Below are positions 1 to 10,589 of a DNA stretch of 64,000 bases, piece after piece. Under the pieces are notes generated by a model. The model saw only the letters and a list, made by a program, of their open reading frames with translations, did no database searches and had not been told where the DNA came from. Source of the stretch: Nageia nagi (lineage: Eukaryota; Plantae; Pinophyta). The stretch lies in the NCBI GenBank assembly GCA_050084985.1, contig JBITNC010000002.1, positions 37,572,001 through 37,636,000 on the forward strand, read 5' to 3'. The position numbers and the translations under genes were made by a program. How positions within the stretch are numbered: the first letter of the stretch is position 1; each line of letters opens with the position of its first letter.

Positions 1-699
1 AAAAAGTTAAAAAATTGACCGCTCACGACCAGGGTTGTGAAGGCCATGTCCACAGAGTCCAGGTCTGCACACGGCCGCACGAAACCCAGCACAGGTCGAG
101 GCTTGTATAGTTAGGGTCACACGGCTCACATAAAAAAAATTAATTTTTTAAAACGAATAATGATTATATTCACCGCATATGATAGGTTGTAGAAATTCAC
201 TGAATTTTGAATCTCATAGTTGAAATACGGCAAATTTCGTAACTTAGATTATGGATTATCCTTTTACATCAAAACACACACAAAAGAAGAAAAGTTTGAA
301 CACCTTTGATGCATACCCAATCTATATGCCCCAAACTTAAACTCCACCTCCACAAAGTACAAGATAGCAGGTTTAATGATGTTGTCAAGAAGTTGTTGTG
401 CCCGCACAACACACCTCAAAATGCAAGATTTTGGGAAACCTATTTTGGCGAAGGCAATGAAATATATTGCCTAGGAATGACTAGACTACGGCTAATATAA
501 AGATTCAAAGAATACCTCCAGAGTTATTAAAACAGTTCAATGTATCCAGTTAACATTCCAGGGCTTGGATTTAAGCGACACCTCACAGGATGGAGTTTTG
601 GGTCATGCCAATGATAGGAAAAGTGGAGTTTTTCGGGAGATAAGGACATGGGTATGGTAGAGAATACAAGATTGAGCAAGTTTGACCTCGAAAATGATG

Positions 700-2400
700 G
701 ATTTGAACCAAGAATGCAAAATTTATGCCTAAGTGTACATTTGGAGGGTTTTGGTGATATCAAAGCCCAAGTTTTGGCACTTAGCTTTTAGGCATGACAA
801 ATGGTGAAAATTTTGGAATGTCCAAATGAAATTTTGAATACATAGAAGCATGAACAAGGCGATTCTAAGACACTTGAGGTCTTGAAAATTTGCGTTTTGG
901 TCAAGTTTGAGCACCCCTAGCCCTAGGCACATTTTTCCATGTTACTGAAGATCCAAAGGAGTGAAAAATGGCACCTACTTTCAAGAGATAAGTGCAAATT
1001 TTGTCGAAAATCAAGTTTAAGCACATCATTGGAGAGAAAAGGTGATTTCAAACACAATTAGGACTTAAAATTTTCGATTTTGTTCAAGTTTTCAGGCCCT
1101 AAAGCCTAGGCACACATTTCCAAGTCCATGGAAATCCAATTAGGTGTATTTTGGCGCCTAGCCACCAAGGAGGAAATAGGATTTGTCTCAAAACTCAAAG
1201 GTGATGATTTGTTTGCATTGAAAACCTCATTCTAAGGCACATTATGTCTACAAATTTTCGATTTTGAGCAATTCTAATGCCCCAAAACCCTAGGCACACT
1301 TTTCCAAGCCTATAGGAAATCCATTTAGATGAAAATGAGCACCCAACTCCAAGAGGGAAAATGGATTTTCACTAAAAGGCAAATCTAAGCTCATAAATGT
1401 ATGGAAATGGCTATTCTCAGGCATATTAGGTCTTCAAATTTTCAATTTTAAGCAAGTTTTGAGCCCCTACAAGCTAGGCGCATATTTCCAAGCCTATGGA
1501 AATCCAATGAGGTGATTTCTAGCGCCTAGCATGAGGAGAAAAAAATGTTTTTTTTGTCAAAAATCAACTTTGAGCTCATAAATTGAAGGAAAGGACCATT
1601 TTAAGCCACTTTAATATTCCAAATTTTCGATTTTGGTCAATTTTTCAACCCCTAATTCCTAGGCGCAGTTTTTTCAAGCCATTGAAAATCCTAACAAGTG
1701 ATTTTTGGCACCTAGATTGAAGAGAAAAAATGGTATGGGCTCAAAAATCGATTTTGAAGGCTTGGGAGCATGGAAAACCTCATTTTAGACACATTTAAAA
1801 CTCGATTTTTTGCATGTTGAGCAAGGAAAATGCTCCGGAAGGTTGGGCACACTTTTTCATGGCAATGGATGATCCATAAAGGTGTATTTTGGCGCCTAAG
1901 TCAAGAGGAGAATTGCAAATTTTCAAAAAAATAAGTTTCAAGTACACCAATGGAGGGAAAAGGGCATTTTAGGAAGGTTTAACACTTCAAATTTTCGCTT
2001 TTGAGCAAGGGAAATGCCCCAAATGCTTGGGCGCACATTTCCATGTCTATAGAGAATCCATTGGAGTGAAAATGAGCGCCTAATATGAGGAGAAAAACCA
2101 ATTTTTGCTCAAAAATAAAATTTAAGGACATCAATACATGAAGGGGGCCATTTTAGCAAGGTTTAAACTTTGAAAAAAACGATTTTGACCAATAAAAATG
2201 CTCCTCATTCTAGGCACACTTTTTCAAGCCATTGGATGATCCACTAATGCATTTTGGCGCCTAGTTTTTCATCAAAATTTGATTTTGAGCATAGGGATGC
2301 ATGATTGGGATGATTTGGAGCAACATTAAACTTTGAAATTTTCCATTTTGAGCACTTTTGGAGGCTCAAATTCCTAGGTACAGGTTTGGCATGCTTTGGA
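700..2400. repeat. Degenerate tandem array, ~184-bp unit, ~9 copies
   Basis: Anchor CTAGG(C)/TTGGGC recurs at 923, 1106, 1290, 1474, 1659, 1843, 2027, 2210 and 2374, with a more diverged copy near 729. Units share TTTCCA...TGGAAATCCA, GGCGCCTAG and AAATTTTCGATTTTG blocks. Confidence 0.9.
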
Positions 2401-2503
2401 GAGATTAAAGGCTCAAAAAACTTATTTGGCATGTAAAATGCACCTCTAGAGCACTTTTTAGGGAAAATAGGCACTAAGGGGCATGCAAAAGGCACAAAAA
2501 CTC

Positions 2504-2511
2504 TATAAATA
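2504..2511 (+). promoter_or_regulatory. Putative TATA box for the TE accessory ORF
   Basis: CTC-TATAAATA-CAAGG directly after the array, followed by a CT-rich leader and the ATG at 3254. Confidence 0.5.
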
Positions 2512-3253
2512 CAAGGCTAAGGCTCTCATTTGCTCCACAACACTCTCTTTGGTCATCCATGCACTCACTTTTGAGCAAAATCCTCACAAAACCTCACAAA
2601 CATGCTCAAAAACTCAAAACTTGATTCCATGCTCCAAAATTGCTCAAATAAATTGGAAACATCTTACAAATACCTTAGATATCCATCCATGGTGGTGCTG
2701 GTTTGATTTGAGCCATTTTTTAAATTTTTATAAATTTCAGACCCCCCTATCTTTTGGCCATTTTCAGACCTGTCAAGAACTTGAAAAATCAGCCTAAAAC
2801 ACTTTTTTGAGACCGAAAAATTTCAAAATTTTGGATGATTGAGAGATTGAAGTGAATATCAAAGTGATACACCTTGGATAGGAGAACAAGGTCCATCATT
2901 CACTTTCCCAAATGAAGCTTGTTGATCCACTTTTCATCCCCATCTTTCCAAGCTGTCCAAAACCTGTCAAAAAATAAATATATGGGCTAAAAAAACGGCA
3001 AGTTGTTTCGAACATCGAAAACTTGATATTTTTATTTGAGACTTGGACACAAGCCTCCTAGATTTATTTGCCAACCCACCATGCATTCATTTCCTCATTC
3101 TGACAACTTTCAAAAATCTCTCAAAATCTACTCATAGCCCTCCAAAACACAAAAATCGGCCAAAACTAAACTTACTCCTTTTTCCTCCAGAGCTGTTCCA
3201 AGTATACCCAGTATCACTCTTAACACCTTTTTGTGCTCCACAGATATCCCATA

Positions 3254-4870
3254 ATGAGCATTGTTAAGAGGAACAAAGAACTCCATATGGAGTGGATAAT
3301 GAAGGATAATCCAATTACCATTGAAAAAAGGGGGAAGACTCCTTTCCCTACAATCGTGCTTGGAGATGGCCTCAATCATATTAGAGACACATAATGGCCA
3401 AACACTGACCTGGTCAAGACATTGGAGAAGATGGCTCTAATCCCACTTGGGCTACTACTCAACAACACTCTATCTTAGTCCAGGATCATTGAGGCCTCCA
3501 TGATCCCATACACCGCTCCATTTCTTGAATGATGTCTTGAGGTAGCCAGACACTGCGACACTAAAAAGAGAACCCTCTTTGATGTCAATGGCACTCAGAT
3601 ACTGGACTTTACAGAGGAAGGAATAGAGAAAGCTTTTGCATGGACCAATGAAGGCATCATCTTCATAATGACTAATTGCATCAAGTTCTTCAACAATATG
3701 ACTAAGCCTGGTAATTTGATTAGAGACTAGTTGGTCGACAAATGCAAAGACTATAAGTCAAAGGCCTTAAGCCAACCCAAGTGAACAGATTTCTATCCCA
3801 CAGTCTCTACCATCATCAGCATGTTGTGCCAAATGACAGGGCAAGGGAATGATCAAAGATTCCGAAAGGAATTTTTCGGCTTCATACATCAAATCAGCAA
3901 AGGCAAAGGGATTCGATGGAGCAAGGTGATCAATAACTGCATGGCCCATCAACTATCCAAGCTTGTGGAGACCAAGAAATTTTACATGAGCTCTTATTTG
4001 GTATTTTTTATCCTACATGATAGAAAAAAAAAAATCGGCCATATCAGATACCAAATACTTACATGATCCAAAATACCCAGTATGGCAGAGTTACCCTAGA
4101 TTCTAGGTGGAAAACAAGTGGAATGAATTCAAAATGATGAGTGATGGATTCAAATGTAGGATATACAAAGAGATAAAGGGCACTGCCAACATGACCAGAA
4201 TTTCAGATGCGGCATTCCAAGCTCTCCAAGGACATGCAGATTTTTATCTTCAGGAGATGGATGCCATATATATAAGGGTATATGGGTCAATAGAAGCACC
4301 TTACAGACTTCCTCGCTATACAAGTGATCAGTTCATTTTGATGGAATTTTGAAAACACTTGTCATACCTTCACGAGAAAGTATGGTGTAAGAAAGGTGTT
4401 GCCACTTGCAAGCTGCCTATCAGCATAGTGGAGTACTAGTGTACTTCTTGGCATTCAATCAAAACGATGAAAATGGACTTAGAATACTATAACTTCACAG
4501 TAGAGAAGGCAGTGGACTACTATGACCCTGAGGACACAATCAACGAATTCTTTAAGAAGACCTGGCGGTCTGCTTACCCACTAAACCCTTAGGCAAGCTG
4601 AAAAAGTATAGGAATGTTCGTGATCCAAAGCAGATTAAAGCAATAAACAAGGACTTGGGAACCAGTGAGAAGCTTTTGCAGACCAAGATAGGCAAGAAGA
4701 AGAGGACTATGCAAGAAAGCGGTAGATGGATATCTCTAGAGCCAGAGTCATCTCAAGTTAGGGCACCTCCGATAATCCTTAAGAAGAATCCCCCAATTCT
4801 GTATATAGCTCCATCCATCTCTCCTTCTATAAGGTTAACACAAGGGCAATCTAGTCAACATGCTACTCTC
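3254..4870 (+). pseudogene. Decayed retrotransposon accessory ORF, PMD/Transposase_32-like (N-terminal part)
   Basis: One frame from ATG 3254 to ~4020 with scattered stops: ...HIRDT*WPNTD...CLEVARHCDTKKRTLFDVNGTQILDFTEEGIEKAFAW...IISMLCQMTG...IRWSKVINNCMAHQL...FYMSSYLVFFIL. After a frameshift it continues YIRVYGSIEAPYRLPRYTSDQFILMEF. Family call is by motif resemblance only. Confidence 0.6.
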
Positions 4871-6155
4871 AAGTTTTGAGGGAGCATTTCTATCCCATGG
4901 TTCCGTGGTTGTGTTCAGTGATCGTGGATATTCTTGTTGTACCCTAGTTGGCTCCTTGGAGGCCAACAACTGCCCCTTAGGACTTGGTATTGTATACATC
5001 ATCATTCTATATTATTTGTATAGCCAGTGGGCATTGGATCGCATTATTGCTAAGTTACCGAGTTTGCCTATGCAAGCCCCGGGTTTGGGTTCAGTTCGCC
5101 TTGGGTTCGGGTTCGATTCGCCTATGGGTTCGTTCAAAGTTCGAAAAAATCCTCCCTGGTTCGCCCTAGGAAACCCGAAGAGAACCCAAACAGAACCCAA
5201 GTAGGAAAGCGAGATATTTTGCACTTTTTTAATGTTTTTTTATTTGACTTTGACCAATTCCACCTTGTAAACCTTGAAAGTTACCTCTAAAGCACATAAA
5301 ACCTTTAAACTACTTCATCCTTGTTCATTTCTCTTGCAAACAACAACTTTTATTCCAAGAGGCTGAGCATTGGTTTTTTTTGTTGGATCAACAAAAGAAT
5401 TTGAAGAGTGATCCTTGAAGCTTCTACAAGGATTATATTGCCATTCCTACTCATTTGCAAGTGTTCATTGCCTGCCAAGAAGATCATCTAATATTTCTAC
5501 TCATTTGCAATGGTTGTGGTTCATCTAATATTCCTACATCATCTTATGTAAATGATGATGATGACGTTGATTTAGAAAATCCACTTGATGATTAAACTAA
5601 TTGTTGAACTTGATATTATTATTTTAATATTGAACTTTAAGTTTGAATATTTATCATGCATGTATGATGTTTTAAATGACATTCAAGTTTATGGTTCTTT
5701 TGTTGTTTATATGATGCTATGTGATACTCTAATCTTAATTTCATGCTTCTAGGCTGCACATATTTTTATATATTTTTTATATGGACGAACTCAAACCCAA
5801 AATTAAATTTAGCCGAACCAACGTACCAGATTGCCGAACCCAAACCAAAACCAAAACCGGTAACTTAGCATTATTGTATTGTCTATACCACACTTGTGCA
5901 TGCATTGGATTGTCTTTGCTTAATTGTACATGTATGAGCCAAACGTTGGCATTGTGAGTTGGTATTCATTGTTGTATGATTGTATGAGCTACATGTTGGA
6001 ATAGTTCCATTGTTGTGATGCGTATTGAATGTTCTAACCCTAACGTTGGCATTTGAGGGTTTGTATGCTTGAGATTTGATGTCCTAGGCCTAACGTTTGG
6101 GCTATTGTAATTGAATTTGCTGATTTTTCCTTGAGATCCTATTTGGATCATTACA
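4870..6155 (+). mobile_element. 5'-truncated LTR of the same Gypsy family as 31389-36891, split by a MITE
   Basis: Shares TATCCCATGGTTCC, TTGGCTCCTTGGAGGCCAAC, GGGCATTGGATC and the terminal TTGTAATTGAATTTG...TTTGGATCATTACA with the other LTR copies. Confidence 0.8.
5050..5868. mobile_element. Non-autonomous hAT-type element (MITE), 819 bp
   Basis: Perfect 11-bp TIR CTAAGTTACCG...CGGTAACTTAG; perfect 8-bp TSD CATTATTG (5042-5049 and 5869-5876); subterminal GGTTCG/CGAACC motifs at both ends. Confidence 0.92.
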
Positions 6156-7472
6156 AAGAGTCCAAAACTGGAAGAGCCAAGTGAGATCTCTCGGGAATCA
6201 CTCCTAGCATTCAAGGTCGAAAGATCATCTGTAGTGTTAAGAAAGTTGGTGATGTTTAACTATGTCCCAAGCCGAGGTACAATGGTAACTCTTTGTGAGT
6301 CTAGACGTTGTCATAACAACTTATGCCTGCAAGTTTTTTGAATGATGCTATCTAAGGGATGTTTCCTGCCTTTGGGGCCTAGAATGGGTTGGAAAAAGGA
6401 GCTGATCAACTTGATAGTTTGAGGGATCTCTACGAATCGTTGTAGGTCTCTACACCTAAAGATAATGACCTCTCTTAGGAAGAGAGCCAAACATCTCAAG
6501 TAAAGGTAACAAAAGAAAATGGATAAGGCACCTTCGGACCCCCTATAGAAGTAGTGGTACCTCCCCTAAATCTAGTAATATGCAAGGCATCAAAATATTA
6601 AGTGCTCCTTATTCTCCACCTCCTAAAAAGAGCAAAGCCAACAAGTCCTATCAAGTTGAGGAATATGATGATTCGTCTCAACGCGAAGCTAATGGGAACA
6701 GACTCGCAGTTGGTCAAGGGGAATCCTCTAGCCATGAGACCACTAGTGCTGAAGATATGTAGGTTGGACAATGATACCATCAATAATCTGTAGAAAATGT
6801 TCAGCGTAGAGAGCCATCTTAGGACTAAGAGGTTGTGGGAGAGAGACCCAAGTAACTTACATGTGATGATCGAAACTATCCTCTCAAATAGATCTATATA
6901 TCTCTACCTTCAAGGGGCGAAGGTGAAGTGGAGTGGCCAATGAGGAGTTGGATTGGGGAGTTGATCAATGGAGATGCTCACTGATTGTAAGAGCAAATTC
7001 ACCTCTGACTACCAACACTTGTGCCCAATGGTTCCCAACAATGCAAATCTCTCAAAAGAACACAAAGCGATAAATGGGTACCTCTTACGACCTAAAGAAA
7101 AGTCATCGAACTACCCAAGTCTATGAAGGAAGGATGTGAGCCTGAATACGCTTTCAAGATGAAGTGGTTGTGCAACAAACTGACTCTAAACAATGCACTA
7201 TGGGACTATTCATTTGCAACAGATCATTCGTTGAGACATGATGGTTTGAACCCTCTCAATATGTGACTACTCAACAAGTAGAGTTGTAGCCCCAAATCTT
7301 TGATCCATAGAGAATTGTAGGTTCCTTGAGTGTATCAAAAAGGCATTTCTTTGAAGGGATATCCTAGAAGTGAATCTGAAAACACTGACGTTCTAGGATG
7401 AAGAGTAAAGCATATCCCTTGCAAAGACCTACAATGCTAATTTCAAGCTGAAAGACACCCTAGAGAACAAAA
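6156..7472 (+). pseudogene. Probable C-terminal continuation of the accessory ORF
   Basis: Coding-like purine-rich sequence resumes right after the LTR end at 6155 (e.g. SAPYSPPPKKSKANKSYQVEEYDD; GCEPEYAFKMKWLCNKLTLNNALWDY) and is cut by a solo LTR at 7473. Confidence 0.4.
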
Positions 7473-8499
7473 TGTAATGTCCCCAATTTGGAACATCTAA
7501 CATCACCCCTCATGCCTATTCATTGTGACTTTTAGTATTTAGATTAGGAGTAATTTATTTGTCAAATTATGTATTTATAAATATTTATACTTGTGCGTCA
7601 AAGGCTACGCTCAACAAGGGCAAATTATATATTTAATTGGGCAAATTAAATGGGCCATTATGATGATCTATCACCCCTGCACCAAGTCAGCCATGTTAGG
7701 AAGGTTGGGAGCTATTTAATATTTTATTATTCCTCCCCTCCTAGTCGGCTGCCTTTTAGGGGACATATTTGCAAGTTTGAAGACCTATATAAGCATGGAT
7801 TGTGGCCACTTGAAGGACCACCATTGTGCATTCGATCTTGGATCATTCAGAGTCTGGGGATGCTCCCCTCTCTACCTTCTAAGGACTATGGTTGCTCCCT
7901 AGCCTAGAAGTGGCCTATCTACTTTCATACCCACTTGGAGAGCTTGTGCCAATCTTGAGGAGCTATATAGAGAATTGCACCATACATTTGCTACTTGGGA
8001 GCTGGCGCCAGACATTGGGAACCATTTTGAGTCTAGCACCAAGCTTGGGAGTCATCTTGGTCCTGCTCTAGCCTTTAGGAGTCTTGGTTGAGCATATTGG
8101 AGTCTTGGGCTTTGCCCTAGAACTTGTTACAGGCTTATTACAGACTTATGCTTATTATTTGTTGATATACATGATATTGGCTCTCATATTGTGTCTCAAA
8201 TGTGAATGAATGGTCTCTACTTACTGTTGCGATAATATCATTCATTATGCATGGGAATATGTGCAGATTATAGTGTTTTGAAGGCATGTTAATGTGGTAT
8301 AACAGATCTGCAATTTGTGCCCTAGTTTGAGCATATTCACATACAATATGAGCTTTATATCAGATTTGGCTATTGTTGTTATATTTCAGTTTTGAGCGTA
8401 TGTTTGGATGGTTCATGAGCATTTACTATTGTGCCTTAATTTGTGGATGAATGCGGAATTAATTGAGAAATCAAGTAAACCCTAGAAAAGTACATTACA
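7473..8499 (+). mobile_element. Solo LTR (~1.03 kb)
   Basis: 8-bp inverted termini TGTAATGT...ACATTACA; flanks CAAAA/CTAAA (4/5 TSD); internal CCTATATAAG TATA near 7785. Confidence 0.8.
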
Positions 8500-8849
8500 C
8501 TAAACCTCCAAGTAGGTGTAAGCAGTCTCTAAAGGCCCTTAAGGGAATGAAATAGGAGGATCACATTGTCTACAAAAAGAAGTATGGCAATCTAAATATG
8601 ATGTAACCAACAACTATCATTTGTGTGGGTGTGTAATCAAAGGAAATCCTCAAGATTGTCTACATAAGTGCCAAAGAGAGTAGGTGAAGGAGGGAACCCA
8701 TGTTTAACACTGATAGTACTATTGATCATGCGCAAAAGACTCAGTAATCCTGAACCAACCAACAATTATCTCATAAAGCCTTGTGATGGCAATAATCAAG
8801 GTGTTAGAGATGCCAGTAGTATGTAGTTTCTAGAAAAACAAGAGTCGTA

Positions 8850-9340
8850 GAACAATGTCAAAGGCCTTCCTAAAATCCATAAAACACTTAAAGACCTTAG
8901 ATGATCTCAGGAAAGCCTCCTCGTTGATAGCTCGAAATGTGAAGATATGATCAATAGTATGAAAATCCCTCCTAAAACCAGCCTGCCCTCAAGCCCTATG
9001 GTCACCATGCTCCAAGTGATCTGATAACATTGTGTCCAATATTGTGGCATAAAGCTTAGCAAAGGTGTGTCCAATCATGATGGTCCTATAATTGTTTGGA
9101 ACAAAACAATCCCTTGCTTTATGAATGGCGTGAATTGTGACCAAGACAAAGGAAACCCCAAACAAACGACCTCATTGAATAGGTCAGCAATGGGAGAGGC
9201 AAGTGAATCACCACCGTATTTCAAGAACTCATCCTATAGACGTTCACAATCAGTTGCCCTACTAATGCAAAGTTTCCAAATGGCTCTCTATGTCATGTGC
9301 CCAACTAGGGCACAACTTGATTTACTCAAATTAGGGCAAG
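8850..9340 (-). mobile_element. LINE (RTE/RTEX-like) reverse transcriptase fragment
   Basis: Minus-strand translation gives GFP, NYRTIMIGHTFAKLYA, GQAGFRRDFHTIDHIFTFRAINEE and CFMDFRKAFD. Confidence 0.85.
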
Positions 9341-9758
9341 TCCAAAATATATTCAATACCAAAAATTATTGTAATTCCAATCAGATCTGAAATGGAACTT
9401 ATCACTCCAATCATGCATTAATATCAATTCCAAAATTAAGGCAGAATTCAAAGTGCATCAATTATACTCCCAAAAATGGAACGAACTATCCAAGAGCAAG
9501 ATCTCAAGCATACACAAGCCAATGATATTCAACAATGTCTCAAAAAATATGAAGTGGGCACCAAAAATATTATTTAATCAAGATGAGCAAGATACAAGCA
9601 CTGCAACAATGATAATAGGCATATGCAATTATGTCATTGGTTTATTTAGATATGACTTTAGGTATGGTGCAAAACTGTAACCCTAATCATGTTAAGACCA
9701 TGTCTATAAATATGCTCCTTGCAGTGTTAAGTTTCTTTGTTCACCTTTCATTTTCAAT

Positions 9759-9928
9759 GCCACTGGACGGGATCCCTTGTTTACACACATGAAATACAAG
9801 GCTTAAGAACAGTTTGCATGATCACATAGTTAAATTTCTCCATTGACCTTCTCTTGTTTGCAAAGCCACTGGACTTATTCGCTTGTTGACAGACATGAAA
9901 TACAAGAGTTAACAACGGTACACATGAT
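9759..9928. repeat. Diverged local duplication, ~106-bp period
   Basis: GCCACTGGAC...CTTGTT.ACA.ACATGAAATACAAG...CATGAT at 9759 and 9865. Confidence 0.7.
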
Positions 9929-10514
9929 GATAATAAATAAGGAATCTTCTAATAGACATCATTTTCTAGTAAAAAAGGGACTTGGCCTTTAACAAGCAAG
10001 AGAAGTAACTACGGACATGACTTTATGATGTGCGTTATTCTGCATGTGGACCTTGTACTTAAACTTAATGGATAATTATTATTGTTTTTTATTAAAAAAG
10101 ACATCACAGAACTGCATTATAATCAACAATAAGTAAACTTGCAAGAGGTGATGGATGAATATATGCCTTGTATGGAGAAAAGCCTTATCTACAATTTACT
10201 CAGTTGAAGGAAATAGTAACTGGTACTACTAGTAACACTTGTTTCCCTTTCTATTTGTTTATGTGTACCAGGTGTCAGCCAAAATCCTTATCTACACTAC
10301 CCTTAAACATATGTACGATGGTGGTATAAATACAACTTACAAGTTTAAGGCCTTATACGAATCGATAAGATCTTAAGATTATGTTGAGATTTTTTTATCA
10401 ATTACAGGAGTAAACATGCTACAGCTGAGTATGAAGTAAATGTGTGCGAGAATACTTAAATCATGTATGCATATTCAAGAGATCAAAAAAGGGGAAAAAA
10501 ACTCTTAATAATAC

Positions 10515-10589
10515 CTGGCCTGCAATGTAGTCATTAAGGATAATAGGAAGTCCTCTGATCATGGCTTCTGCAATTGTACCTGGACCTGC
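10515..10589 (-). CDS. MGD1: MGDG synthase exon 7
   Basis: TTCTAG|[25 protein letters not shown]|GTATTA; 75 nt. Confidence 0.93.

Noticed and set aside
700-2400. CRISPR-like array (palindromic repeats at a regular period)
   Set aside because: The intervening sequences are homologous to one another, the units are too long and degenerate, there are no cas genes, and the context is eukaryotic.
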